Part shown: positions 41,695 to 53,731 of the stretch, piece after piece | Numbering within the stretch: the stretch's first letter is position 1 | Layout of the letters: every line of letters starts with the position of its first letter | Source: Nitrosopumilaceae archaeon | Lineage (GTDB): Archaea > Thermoproteota > Nitrososphaeria > Nitrososphaerales > Nitrosopumilaceae | Length of the DNA: 64,000 nt | Reading direction: 5' to 3' | NCBI GenBank assembly: GCA_965207375.1 | Contig: OZ242274.1 | Span: 1,504,001-1,568,000, forward strand | Made by a program: the position numbers and the translations under genes | Notes under the pieces: model-generated | The model's input: the letters and a program-made list of their open reading frames with translations, nothing else | The model's database searches: none | Told to the model about the DNA's origin: nothing

Positions 41695-41765
41695 AAAGTA
41701 TACAAAGTATACAAAATCCACGCCTGAGCCGTGTAAAGTATACAAAGTATACAAAATCCACGCCT
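41695..41765 (+). repeat. Exact 31-bp direct repeat x2 at 40-bp period with internal AAAGTATAC 9-mers
   Basis: AAAGTATACAAAGTATACAAAATCCACGCCT at 41695 and 41735. Confidence 0.85.
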
Positions 41766-41963
41766 AGCTCTTGTACAAAAAATCTACAAAGCATACATCT
41801 AAGCAAAGCCGGTCTGCAGGAATCAGGTAATGAGAGTCATGAGTAGTTCCAGATAACGGGACTGCAATATCAGTTGCTAAATTTGAGTGCATTTAGCAAA
41901 ATAAGATCGAGTGGATTGATTTTAGGAATTTTGAAAAATCCTGACTTGTTATATTTTAGAAAC

Positions 41964-42212
41964 TTACATGAATGTATTAGATTGTGCCTTGCATATGCTT
42001 AGTAATTTAGAAAAATCTGGCAAAGTAATCCCAAGCCTATCTAGAATTGTATCCGTATAAGTAGGATGATATTCATGTGATTTTTGCAATACTACAATTG
42101 GTTCGCCCTCTTTGTAAAATGATATGTGTTGATCGTCATCAATTACAAATTCAAACTCTTTCTTGGGTAGAACCGTACGAAAACAATGCCAGTTGTATCT
42201 ATGCTCAGTCAT
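41964..42212 (-). CDS. Putative HicA-like toxin
   Basis: 82 aa; F.F...DQHISFYK..IVV...IL..LGIT..DF pattern; overlaps the HicB-like gene. Confidence 0.5.
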   Translation of the reverse strand: MTEHRYNWHCFRTVLPKKEFEFVIDDDQHISFYKEGEPIVVLQKSHEYHPTYTDTILDRLGITLPDFSKLLSICKAQSNTFM

Positions 42213-42447
42213 TGTATATTACATCACACTTTATCGTAGACATTCTCTCTTTTTGTGTGAGAGGATACTTTTCCTTCTCTATCTTTGCACGTACCGTAAA
42301 GAAATAGGTCAGTGCAGATAGAAATTCCTTTTTTGCCTCTTCTAGTGTCTTTCCCTGAACAATGACATTTGGAAATTCCAGACCCCGTATTACAACAACG
42401 TCATCTTCCTCTGTGATTCTAACATTCAAAACAGCCATTACTCTCAT
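42205..42447 (-). CDS. Short HicB-like antitoxin
   Basis: EFPNVIVQGKTLEEAKKEF..AL..F. Confidence 0.75.
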   Translation of the reverse strand: MRVMAVLNVRITEEDDVVVIRGLEFPNVIVQGKTLEEAKKEFLSALTYFFTVRAKIEKEKYPLTQKERMSTIKCDVIYND

Positions 42448-42638
42448 TCTTCCTATTTACATCATGTTTAATTGGTTAGTTATAATCTTTACATATTTTG
42501 CTTAAATAATACAAGTCAAGATCGGTACAAACCTCTAGATTTGTAATTTTTGGAATTTTACAGATAGATTTTAGGAATTTTATCCGTTTTTGGCCTTTAG
42601 GAATTTTGTAATCAATGTACCGTCCTTGATATTATAGT

Positions 42639-45600
42639 TTATAATTTAGATTGAAAGTCTTTTGTATCATAAAAAGCATCTAGACCGGTTTCTTTAGGTT
42701 GCCAGTTCTCTGGTTCAAATTCTTTTGGTAATTGGGATATTAGCCGGTCTGATTCTGTACTGACAAAAAGCAGTCGTTCTATTAACGGTATGATGTCTAC
42801 GTTTGTTACATCATTTGTAATTCCACTGTCATTGTCTCTATGGATTTTGTATCTGTCAATTGCTCATTCAAGCGGTGTCCTGCCGTTGACTTTGTAATTT
42901 GTCTCTGGAATGTTGTCAAATACTTCGATACCATTTATTTTGAGTTTTGTATGGTCTATCACCTGTTTGTCATCTACTTCCTTTTTGACAAAGACCATTT
43001 TGGTATATTTTTCAAACTTTGCTTTTGGTTTGCCTAGATTGTATCTCTTGCAGGTCTCCCATGACAGGTGCAGATCTGCTAACTGTTTACCGATTTTGGA
43101 TAAAGTATGAAAGTCTGGGGCCATTGGAATATGAGGTAGTTCATGTGATAGGTTATTTGCATACTTTTTACGATATTCCAGATGATGTAAAAGACCATAT
43201 ACGTAATAAAAGATGTCTTCTTTTGTTATCTTTTTGTCCTTGTAATATTCTTGATATTCATTTAGTGTAATGTTGGTAATGTTTTCTTGTTTTTTACCAT
43301 TTTCATATATGTATAGAGGGAAGCATTGAGATTGTGCAATCAGATGAAGATCAGGAGTAATATCGGACATTAACACAGAGAATCTTTCCCCAATCCCTTT
43401 ATCCGGTACAACAATCACCAAATTCTCCGAGTCATTTTTGGGAAAGGTTTTTGACAACAGGCCTTGCATGTTGTTAAAAATATAATCAAAATATAGCCAT
43501 TGTTTGAAAAATGGACGGTATAAAGATCTACGAATTTTATTATTGTTAAATTTTGAATTGTGTTTTTTTGATTTTAATCTTTTTAATGATTCTCTATCTA
43601 ATTTTCCTTTCTTTGGTTCTATTTTTAGATTATTGAAATCTTGAGAATTGGCATAGATTATACATCTTTGCATGTTTTTTGAAAGTTCTTTTCTTGATGA
43701 ATTATATGCCCAAACATCCCTGTTTGTTTTTATGCCACTGGAATAAATTCCAAATATTGCATTACCTTTACCTGCCTTTGCATCCTTACTACCCATTGGG
43801 AAATAATCTGTAAATTTGTCGTGTCTATGATCAATCCAATCATGATGCCTGTCTGGTTTGATTTCCTGCCAATCTTTGATGCCTTTAATGGAGCTGACTG
43901 TCTTGATGATTTCAAGTTTCTTTTCCCTAGAATGATAGTCACCTATATCGCAATATCGTATAGTGTGAGATTTTTTGTTTGGGTTTTTGACTAGGATTGT
44001 TATTGCCACGGGTGTTTTTGAACCTGAACCAAAAATATTACCCGCCTCTTTTTTCCGTATTTCTCCCTGGGTCATTGCATTACCTCTCAAATCAAACACC
44101 CACACGTCTGTAAACTCCTCTTGTAGGCATGCACGCAGGCCTGCTGCTGCATCCGATTTTATGAAACTTGCATTTGTTACAAAGCCGATTGCTCCTGAAT
44201 TTCCAATTCTGTCTGAGGCCCACCTGAGAGAACGAATATAGGAATCATAAAGTGAACCAACATGACCTATTTTGGGGTTGAGTTCTTTTGTTTTCTTGCG
44301 ATATGTTTGTTCAATTCTTTTATCAATTTCTGGATAAGATGCATTTTGATTTTGATCGTTAAAATTACTTTGTCCTACAGAATATGGTGGGTTTCCCATA
44401 ATTACATGTAGATGCGACCCACGCTGATGACGTACTCTACTATGAGCTTCTTTGAATATTTCATCAAGTTTTGTGTCCGTCTGTCTGTGTTGTCTCCCTT
44501 GACGATATAGTGGATTCATCTCCAAAGTATCTGTATAATTTATTCCATCAAACGGTACATGCTTGTTTCCCTGTCTCATACTAGAATAAGCAGTTTCTAT
44601 GTTTATAGTGGCAGTATAATATGCAAGCAAAATCATCTCGTTGGCATACAGATCATGTTTGTATTTTTCATACAAATTTGTCGTTATAAAGCCGGATTGT
44701 AGCAATCTTACAAGAAACGTACCGGTTCCTGTAAACGGGTCTAACACCTTTACATCTCTATCGTTAAACTCCTTACCAAATTCCGTTTTTAGAACATGTT
44801 GGACAGAATTTATAATAAAATCTATTATTTCAACTGGGGTATATACAATTCCGTGCTGTTCTGCTCCTTTTTTGTCAGCAGATTCAAAGAAATTACCGTA
44901 TAGTTTTTTGATAAAATTCTGCTTTGCTACATCAGATTCAATTAAAGATATTTCTTTTTTTACATCATTATAAAATTCGTCAAGAATATCAAGTTCTTCT
45001 TTAAATCCTATTTTTTGTATCATTTTGTTAAAGGCAACAGATATTGGATTCTGCGAACTAAACTCTTTAGAAAACAGTTCATCAAATACAAATGAAAGTA
45101 CAACATGTTGAGATAATGCTTTTATTGTATCTTCAAATGTTACTGATTCATTTATAATTTGTTTTAGTCCTTCATGAAATGTATCCATTTCTTTTTTTAT
45201 TGTATCATTTGATTTTATTTTTATTCGAAGACGTGCCTCTATTGTATTTGCTCTCTCGCCTAGTTTTTCACCATATTTGTCATAGTAATTTATGTCTCCT
45301 ACCTTACGCACAAGTTCTGTGGTAACACCTTGTATGATTTTTTTTTCTAGTTCCTTATAGGAGATAAGATCATGTCCATAGGCATGACGAATTATTATTC
45401 TGTTGGTAATAGCGTTATCAGGTCCGTGACTATCAATTGCAAGTGTGTTTATTTCAGAGTCAAGTTTTGGATCATGGGATCTTAGTGCGTTGAGAACCTG
45501 CCAAACTACCTTAAAGTATTTGCTATCTTTGAATGCTTCATCCACACTAATTCCGGCAGGTATTGCAACCGGAAGTATTACGTAGCCATATTCTTTTCCA

Positions 45601-46945
45601 GGGGATTTTCGCATCACTCGTCCTACTGCTTGTACTACATCTACTACTGACCTGCGAGGATTCATAAACACAACACCGTCAAGTGCAGGCACATCTACCC
45701 CCTCAGATAAGCAACGGGCGTTTGAGAGAATTCTGCACTTGTGTGGATTTACTTGACTGTTTTTAAGCCAATCTAATCTACTTCTTCTGTATTGTGCATT
45801 GTCTCCACCATCGACGTGTTCGACTTCCACATTATGTGAATCTGTATCCTTAACTACCGTCTTTATGTGACCAACAAGTTCACCAAATGATCTATGTTTA
45901 TCTATTTCGCGATTTTTTTCTAATAGTTCCGGATTTTCACGTATGTCAGCCTTGTATTTGATCTCTTCTCCTGCCAATATCTTTGAAGAGTTTATCATGT
46001 CACAGAACATAATTACTCTTTGAAGAAGATCTTTTTCTTCACCTACACCGGGATATTGTAATGCATGCCAAACAGATGCCATGAGGGATTTTTCATCTAG
46101 TGGGATTTGGTTGTCATCTCCTTTCTGTGCCCTTTGAATCAAACCATCCATGGTATCGCCATCCATAACAGCTACTCTCACCTTAAAGTCACATAGTGCA
46201 TGGTATTTGTGAACTGCATCATAAAATGACAGATTATGAAATTCAGGTCCGTATATCTTGTCATCCATTGATATTACAGTTTTTTGTAACTGCATGGCTT
46301 TACCTTTGATATTTGGAGTATAGATTTTTGGTGTTGCAGTCATGTAGAGTCGCTTTAAACCATTGACGTTTTTGTTGTGATGAACCATGGTGTAAAAAGA
46401 TTCAGAATCTTTCTCTTCAATACCAGTTGTGCGATGTGCTTCATCACAAAATATCATATCAAATTTTTTGCCTTTCATGGCATCACATACAATTTCAATT
46501 GAATGATGTGTTGAAAATATCACATTCATTGTATTATCTTTTCTTTGTTTGATTCTCTCGTTTAGTGTATTTAGATCAGTAGATGCAGGAGCTTCTAGTT
46601 CTGTAAGTGTCCCTTGTTCAGTGTTTCTTACACTCTTATCTGAACAAACCGCCATGTAGTAATGTGGTATGTTTGCATTTTCAGACCACTCTCGCATACT
46701 CTGTAAAATAAGAGATATTGATGGAACTAAATACAGTATAAAACTACCCTTTCCTGCAATTTTTTCTGCTACATGTAATGATACTAGTGTCTTACCTGTA
46801 CCGCATGCCATTATTAACTTGCCACGATCACTTGTATTGAAACCATCAAGTACATCATTTAGAGCATATTCTTGATAATTCCTAAGTTTTTTTGGAATTG
46901 GAGGTGCAATCTTTTTTGGATATTCACTCCAATCAAATCTATCAG
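42639..46945 (-). pseudogene. Type ISP (LlaBIII/LlaGI-like) restriction-modification enzyme, 5'-truncated with a late nonsense codon
   Basis: MACGTGKT, DEAHRT, LSEGVDVP, VYTP, DPFTGTG, GNPPY, YRPF; GRTPLE*AIDRY continues in frame to 42639; IS5 abuts the 5' end. Confidence 0.88.
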
Positions 46946-48029
46946 AGATGTGATTCGTAATTAGCAAATTTCCCTAAATTTCACGCCTAGCAATACCAAA
47001 AAGATCCAAATATCGCCCGAATCTACCACAACTCATGATGTCCTATGAAAAACTGGTAAAAAATACCAAAAGATTTCGTGCCGTAACAGGCATGTCTGCC
47101 AAAGAATTTGATTTGTTGGTATCTAAGGTGGAAAAAAAAGTATCCAAGAGCAGAAAAAAAGAGGCTCTCTAGAGAAAACAGAGTGCGCGCAATAGGTGCA
47201 GGCCGCAGATTCGCATTAAATGTACGAGACCAGGTGATGCTACTTTTGTTTTACTATCGTACATACTGCACACAAGATGTAGCAGCAGTCATGTTTGAAA
47301 TAGGACAGGCCTCAGTATCGCGCTCTATTACCCATATAGAGCCCATCCTAAAACTATGCATTCCAATACCTACCAAGATACACGACCAAATGAAGAGAAT
47401 TTCCTCCATAGAGGAATTAGAAGAGATTCTTCCAGGTCTTAGATGTCTTGTTGATGCCTCAGAACAGAAAATACAAAGGCCCTGACGCAAGGACATGGAA
47501 AAGTCTCACTATTCGGGCAAAGCAGGAGCACACACCTCTAAGATACAATATACGACTAACACACATGGGATAATAGTACACAAGACACGTCATGTATCAG
47601 GAAAAATACATGACGTTACAGTATACAAGAAAAAACCTCCAACATTTCCAGAGAAAATACCTGATGAAATACAGGTCACCATATGTACCAGACAGGAGAT
47701 ACCAAGGGGCACCTGAGGTTCCCGGAGGGACACTGTGCACCCCAATCAAAAAGAAAAAGGGTGCAAAGCTCACAGAGGAGCAAAAAGAATACAACAAAAT
47801 CCACTCAAAGATTCGTGTATATGTAGAACATGCAATACGCAGGGTCAAAACATGGCGTATTATGGGAAACGTATACAGGAATCCACTCATAAAATACGAC
47901 CGGATCAACGATATTGTGTGCGGTTTGGTAAACCGCAGCATATTGTGGCGGTTAGATCAGATGGCCTGATTGAGGCAGGGCATCTGGATGGCAGTAGGCA
48001 CGCATAAAAAATAATTACGGATCACCTCT
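46946..48029 (+). mobile_element. IS5-family element copy B with frameshifted transposase
   Basis: Same TIRs as 26014-27095; ORF broken near 47135, 47483 and 47690; flanks CAG/TAG differ. Confidence 0.9.
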
Positions 48030-48080
48030 TAGTAACTCAGAGTGTAAAGACGTTTTAATTCAACAATTACAGTACATACA

Positions 48081-48635
48081 ATGGATATCTTACAGTTAGC
48101 AGAAGAAAATATTCTAATCAGCATGGGTGTTGTTTTAGGAATAGGCCTCATACAGGGTGCCGTTTTAGGCAGAGGGATTCGCAATCGATTTCCAAGGCTA
48201 AAGATACATGCTAAAATCGTCTCCACAATTTTACTGATTCTTTTTACAATCAGTGCTGTTGCAAATATTTTAAAATTTGCAAATCCAGACAAAGTGGTAC
48301 TTTCAGACATTGTAATTCCTGAAACCGTTGATCAGGGAATAGATTTTGTATTTACAATCCTTGGACTCAACACAGGATTTGGTTCTGTTCTTGCATTGTT
48401 TGTATCTGTCAGTCTGATTTTGATATTTAGACAGGCAAGGCTACCGCGCATAGCAAGATATTTTATTTTTGTATTAAGCCTAGCTATACTTGCCTTGGCA
48501 ACTCTTGGCAGATTTACTGATTACATTCCTGCATTTTTTGAGGTGATGATGTATGCAGGATATCAGTTTGGAATTACAATTGGAATATTTGCAGTAACCC
48601 ACAGAAAAGAAAAGACCTTGGAGGGTTTTGATTAA
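48081..48635 (+). CDS. Hypothetical multi-pass membrane protein
   Basis: About 5 hydrophobic segments, ATG start. Confidence 0.7.
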   Translation: MDILQLAEENILISMGVVLGIGLIQGAVLGRGIRNRFPRLKIHAKIVSTILLILFTISAVANILKFANPDKVVLSDIVIPETVDQGIDFVFTILGLNTGFGSVLALFVSVSLILIFRQARLPRIARYFIFVLSLAILALATLGRFTDYIPAFFEVMMYAGYQFGITIGIFAVTHRKEKTLEGFD

Positions 48636-48723
48636 AGTTGGGAGGGGTTCTTTACAGTCTTTTTTATGCTCATATACCACTATACAATATTGCATTTTAA
48701 ATGATATAATATAATAAAAACAT

Positions 48724-49626
48724 CTAGTCCTGGATGATTTTTCTCAATCCTGCACACCTGTTGCGGATTGTAACCTCAGTTACACCTGATGCAATGGAGA
48801 TGTCTTTTTGAGACTTTATCTCTCCTGTACTAATACATGCAAGGTATAGTGCTGCTGCTGCTATTCCCATTGGATCCTTTCCTGCAACTATGCCAATCTC
48901 TTTTGCCTTGTTCAAAATGGCAATAGCCTTTCTTTTGCTTTTCTCACTTAGTTCTGCAATGCTTGCAATTCTTGAAACACCCTTTACTGGATCAACTACT
49001 GGCATTTTTAGTTCTAATTCCCTGAAAATTAGCCGGTAGCATCGTGCAACATCCTTTCTTCTAATGTTGATTCCATTTGCAATATCATCTAGCGTTCTAG
49101 GAGTTTCAGTATTCCTACATGATGCATAAAGACATGCTGCCACTAGTCCCTGTATTGAGCGTCCACGTACTAGTTTTTTCTCCATGGCCTTTCGATATAT
49201 GTAGGCTGCCTTTTCAACAACTGCATCAGTTAATCCCAATTTGTCTTTGAGTTTGTCCATTTCGTTTAGTGCTTGGCGCAGATTTCTATCTGCAGATGAA
49301 TGTGCCTGTGTTCTGCTGTCCCATGTTCGCAATCGCTCAATTGAGCTTTTCATACTTGCAGACAGAGGTCTTCCTGTTGAATCCTTGTTTGCTTGACCAA
49401 TAATTGTAGATAGCCCCATATCGTGCATTGTAAGTGATGTTCCGGCACCTACCCTTGTTCGATTTGCATCATCACTTGAAAAGGAACGCCACTCTGCTCC
49501 TGTATCTTCAATCTTGTCGGTTATAACAAAACCACAATTTGCACAAAATACCTCACCGGAATTATCATCTGTAACCATCTTCTTTTTTCCACATGACGGG
49601 CATCGATGCTCAGCAATCGAATTCAT
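48724..49626 (-). CDS. tfb: Transcription initiation factor IIB
   Basis: CPSCG..CANCG Zn ribbon, GAEWRSF, two cyclin repeats, GVTEVTIRNR. Confidence 0.95.
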   Translation of the reverse strand: MNSIAEHRCPSCGKKKMVTDDNSGEVFCANCGFVITDKIEDTGAEWRSFSSDDANRTRVGAGTSLTMHDMGLSTIIGQANKDSTGRPLSASMKSSIERLRTWDSRTQAHSSADRNLRQALNEMDKLKDKLGLTDAVVEKAAYIYRKAMEKKLVRGRSIQGLVAACLYASCRNTETPRTLDDIANGINIRRKDVARCYRLIFRELELKMPVVDPVKGVSRIASIAELSEKSKRKAIAILNKAKEIGIVAGKDPMGIAAAALYLACISTGEIKSQKDISIASGVTEVTIRNRCAGLRKIIQD

Positions 49627-49739
49627 AATACTAGTATAGTGTACAATATGTTTGTTTATTATCCTTTTACAATTATTCTCAGGGTGATTTGGGGGTAGGT
49701 TAAGCTAATACGTTCTTGTTCTATAGAATTAGAATGATT

Positions 49740-51161
49740 TTAGCCCAAAAGACAGTATGCGTAGATAGGAGCATATGAGGGATACATTATGCTGTTTCTA
49801 TCATCAGTATGAGTCAATCCTATAGAGTGTCCAAGCTCGTGTCGCATTATTTGCTCTACAGAATCCACATCATAAAGCTGAAAACTTCCATCACAGGCAT
49901 AATCTCCTAGTGTCACCTCAACTATGCCCTTACCCAAATGTGCATGTCCTAGTACCCCGTCTCCCAAGCTTCGTACTACCCAGGTAACCCAGACATTTGC
50001 ATCTGCTTTGAGATTTGTAAATTCAAAGTTTACCCTAGCTTTTTGATTATTAGCCGATAACTCCTGTGCCTCCCAAAACGCAATCGAATCTTTTAGAGTA
50101 CTTGCGTGATCAAGTGGTAGTCCTGATGGTTGCTCGTTTACATAAATTATATATTGCAAAATTATAGTATCGCCTTCCATCACAAATGTAGGATCCTTAA
50201 AACTTGTAGATGCTCTTGTTGCCTCAGTTTCAAAATTCCATTTGATATAGTCTCGCAGAAATTTCTTGATTACATCCTGGCTGGGATTTGGAAATTCTAT
50301 GTATCTTTTTTCATCTATCATATTTTTTGTAATTTTTCTAACGTACGTTTTAAAATATGCAAGTTCTGCATCTTTTTCTTGCAACAGTTGTTCTTGTGTT
50401 TTAGAGTTATCTATATGAATTGCTCCGTTTTCTATCATATATTTTAGGCCTAAAACAAAATCATCTTGTGTGATGAGGTCATCAGACCACAATCCTGCAT
50501 TTGTTTTTACCCATGACGGTATATCTCGTTGAAATGATTTTGTAAAGGTATCTGATATTACAATTATCTGATTGTGAATTAAAAACTTGATTGCATGTGT
50601 AAATTCTGAATCTGTAATTTTACCTTGTGCCCACAATCCTGCATTTGTTTTTACCCAAGGCGGAATCTCTGCAACTGTAGGTTTTGGTAAAAGTTGTTTT
50701 GGTTTTTCTGTTGCCATGTATGGATATTTTGCAAGTATGTTTTGTATGTGAGAATTGTAATTTTGAAGCACCTTACTTTCAGGTTGTAATTTCAATGCAC
50801 GCTCAAAATATTTTTTTGATTCTTTGTATTCTCCCAGGTATCCCATGCCGATTCCCATTCCTGATAATGCATAAATGTCATCTGGTTTGAATTGCAAAAT
50901 TCTAAAAAACTGTTCTAGTGATTTTTCATGTTGTCCCAAATTACTTTGGGCAATCCCTTTCATTTTTAATGTAGATATGTTATCTGGCTCAATCTCTAAA
51001 ATATCATCATAGATTGCAATCGCACTAGCATATTGACCGTTTTGAAAATGTGTTGTAGCAGAATCAAACATTGCAGAAGCCTCATCTACTTGCGCATGTA
51101 TTTGCGGCATGATTGAAAGTATGCCTATTGCCAACATGATAATTATAGTACCCTGTATCAT
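49740..51161 (-). CDS. Secreted TPR-containing zinc metalloprotease (matrixin-like)
   Basis: Signal peptide, TPRs, IP.WVKTNAGLW x2, HELGHSIGLTH, SIMYP Met-turn. Confidence 0.85.
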   Translation of the reverse strand: MIQGTIIIMLAIGILSIMPQIHAQVDEASAMFDSATTHFQNGQYASAIAIYDDILEIEPDNISTLKMKGIAQSNLGQHEKSLEQFFRILQFKPDDIYALSGMGIGMGYLGEYKESKKYFERALKLQPESKVLQNYNSHIQNILAKYPYMATEKPKQLLPKPTVAEIPPWVKTNAGLWAQGKITDSEFTHAIKFLIHNQIIVISDTFTKSFQRDIPSWVKTNAGLWSDDLITQDDFVLGLKYMIENGAIHIDNSKTQEQLLQEKDAELAYFKTYVRKITKNMIDEKRYIEFPNPSQDVIKKFLRDYIKWNFETEATRASTSFKDPTFVMEGDTIILQYIIYVNEQPSGLPLDHASTLKDSIAFWEAQELSANNQKARVNFEFTNLKADANVWVTWVVRSLGDGVLGHAHLGKGIVEVTLGDYACDGSFQLYDVDSVEQIMRHELGHSIGLTHTDDRNSIMYPSYAPIYAYCLLG

Positions 51162-51277
51162 TACTAGACGAAAAATTTTAAATTTAGATATACTTTGCCA
51201 TGTAGACAGATGCTAATTGTGCAGACCCCGCTAGGAAACCGATCATCAATGCACACTTTAGCAATAGGAGACCATAC

Positions 51278-51650
51278 ATGAAAGACAAAAAATCAAAATG
51301 GAGCACAGATGAGAAGGTACGTATCGTACTGCTGACCTTTAATTCTGAGACCAGTATGGCAAAATTATGCAAACAGCACAACCTACAACCCCGAACAGTC
51401 TACACCTGGAAGAAAAAATTCCTTGATGCAGGCAAAATCTCATTTGATAGCTCCAATATCTCATCGCTTACCAAACGTCACAAAAAAGAGATCTCCTCCC
51501 TTAAGAGAATAATAGGAGAGTATGCAGTGGCAAATGACGCTTTAAAAAAAACGGCAGGAGACAACGAATGAGTGCAGTATCTCTCATGTACAATATCGTA
51601 GGACTCAAGTCCTTGCGACTCTAATGTATCAAAAAAGGCATCTTGTAGAT
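51278..51650 (+). pseudogene. IS3-family remnant: OrfA plus truncated OrfB start
   Basis: KWSTDEKVRIVL, LCKQHNL...VYTWKKKFLDAG, EI..LKRIIGE, ALKK; ATGA overlap at 51568. Confidence 0.7.
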
Positions 51651-51839
51651 GGGATACAACACAACCTTGTGACTTTTCTAAAACAGTCCAGTATTCTAGA
51701 TTATGTGATTATGGGGCATTCAGAGATCAAGCTACAATCTATCCCTTTGATTTTTCATATGATATATCTGAATCAAATCCTGAAACCTTGGATTATGTTT
51801 GGCCTTTTATATGGTGGGACTAGATGGTTGCTTGACGGC

Positions 51840-52052
51840 ATGACAACTATTAAATCACTTTTTTTGTTTTCACTAATCTTTGTAATTGGTTTTTTTTGTG
51901 GATTATTTTTTCCGCTTGTTTCTAATTTGATTTTTTATGGTGCACTTTCAGGACCATGTGTGTGGCCTACAGATTACGAAGCAATGGGGTTTGGCTCTGT
52001 TGAAGATTTGGAATATTCTGAATTATACCAGTGTTATTTGAAACCTTTTTGA
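51840..52052 (+). CDS. Small membrane protein (start inferred inside ORF 51624-52052)
   Basis: TTTTATAT about 30 bp upstream; hydrophobic N-terminus. Confidence 0.4.
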   Translation: MTTIKSLFLFSLIFVIGFFCGLFFPLVSNLIFYGALSGPCVWPTDYEAMGFGSVEDLEYSELYQCYLKPF

Positions 52053-52203
52053 ATTATCTGAGAAAAATAGCAACATTTTGACTTTAAGTTGCACACAGAA
52101 AAAAATACCAAACCTATGATTTTCACACTAAATCCAGGCATGTCACTTTATAAAATCGATCAGCTACTAAAAGTTGAACTTTTGCTTGTATGAATATCTG
52201 GTG

Positions 52204-52279
52204 ATACATACTCAGGTCGCCTCTGATTCTATGCCTAGTCTTTGATCATGCCTGAAAAATTTACGACTTGAGTTTGTAC
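52204..52279 (+). repeat. MITE-like repeat copy 5 (clearest TIRs)
   Basis: ATACATACTCAGGTCG ... CGACTTGAGTTTGTAC, 13/16 inverted match. Confidence 0.75.
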
Positions 52280-52351
52280 TTTTTTGAAAAAATGTGGACA
52301 GCGTCGTGCAAAACAGTTTATTTTTATAATACTTTGTTGCATTATAATCAT

Positions 52352-52415
52352 CGTCTATATTTGAATCCCTAGTGCGAGCTGTCGCTGGTAACTAGGGCTC
52401 ATGTGAGTATAGGCG
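52352..52415. ncRNA. Nested stem-loop beside the DUF3800-like gene
   Basis: CGTCTATATTT/GAGTATAGGCG, CCCTAGT/ACTAGGG and GCGA/TCGC helices. Confidence 0.45.
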
Positions 52416-52419
52416 TTTT

Positions 52420-53002
52420 TCATTTAAAATCATGTAATAGTACAGACTTGATACTATCACTAAAATCTAATGCAACTGCCACATTTGGCTCTAATCCTCG
52501 ATTATTACACCATGCAACAATATCTGACAAATCATATGCTGAACCCTTGTAAGAATATTTCAAATTAACATCTTTTGCAAACCTTATGCAATCACTATCA
52601 CATTGGAAAAGTATATCCTCTAATCTTTGACCATGACTTAATACAAACAGTTGAAGTCTTTTGGCAATGTGTTGAAATACCGTTAGATAATATGCACGAA
52701 AAATTCTTTCATTTGAAATATTTTTTTTCTTAACACGTCTAAGTTTTTGGATTTGGTTTGTGATTCTGTTTTTGTCAACTCATACAAAACGCAATATTGT
52801 CCTTGCCGTTAAACTTTAACCTTGATATTATTGCATTTTTTTCTTTGTGATTTATCTTTCGCATGTGAATGTGATCATATCCAATAGAATCAAAAATTGC
52901 AGATATACTCTTGTCTGTTCCAATTACAATTGCAATAAATTTGTCATAAGAATCATTATTTCCTGAAAAGTCCATTCCACCAACAAGCGTCGTCATTCTC
53001 AC
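52420..53002 (-). pseudogene. DUF3800-like protein, frameshifted near 52780
   Basis: N-terminal GMDFSGN; second frame open to ..YDLSDIVAWCN..HDFK*. Confidence 0.45.
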
Positions 53003-53161
53003 CTGAGATGAAATAATTCGTGATTTACAAATGTTGGCTTTGGTATGGTTTTGATAACTAACATCTATCTCAAATTCTTCGTAATTGCAGCTTTCTTTTC
53101 CTGTATAAACTCTGCTGCACGTACAATGTTTTTAACAGCATATTCAATATCATTTGATTAA

Positions 53162-53731
53162 GTGTGTTATCCCAAAGATATCCTGATGGATTCATCAGTT
53201 GCTGTTCTATCAAGACCCATAGCACAAATAGCACAAGGCAATGATAGAGTAAAACTACTCATGTCAATACCAGGAATCAGATACATTACAGCACTGACAA
53301 TAATTTCTGAGCTTGTAGATATTACAAGACACTCTACTGCAGAAAAGTTTGCTGCAGGTGGTGGTGTAATACCATCATACCGTAACAGTGCATCCACATA
53401 CAAAGGAGGAGGAATAACAAAGGAGGGTTTCAGTATGGATGAGAAACGCCATAGTTGAGGCAGCTACAATAACCATACAGCATGATCCCAGAATACAAAG
53501 AATCTACGAGAGAATAAAAAAGAGACGCGGTGCACAAAAAGCAAAGGTTGCAGTAGCACGACACATGCTGGAGATAATTTGGTACATGCTGACTAAACGA
53601 AGAATACAGAACACAGAATTGTGAGCTGACACAGAGAAAACATAAAAAACTAGACTACCTAGCAAAGATGTCCTGATCTGCAAATGCACGCTGTATAGGA
53701 TCCGGCACGTAGCCAGGGGATTTTTCATATG
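53162..53731 (+). pseudogene. IS110 transposase C-terminal remnant with right end
   Basis: LMSIPGI..TALTIISE, VIPSYRNSA..GGITKEG / MRNAIVEAA..AKVAVARHML. Confidence 0.8.

Noticed and set aside
41695-41765. Mini-CRISPR array
   Set aside because: Only two units with a 9-bp spacer, and no cas genes in the window
42545-42610. Three GGAATTTT repeats
   Set aside because: Short, AT-rich and irregularly spaced; cannot be separated from chance
42864-42866. Selenocysteine or recoded TGA in the type ISP gene
   Set aside because: Position corresponds to Trp, TGA is a normal stop in many genes here, and the gene is already truncated
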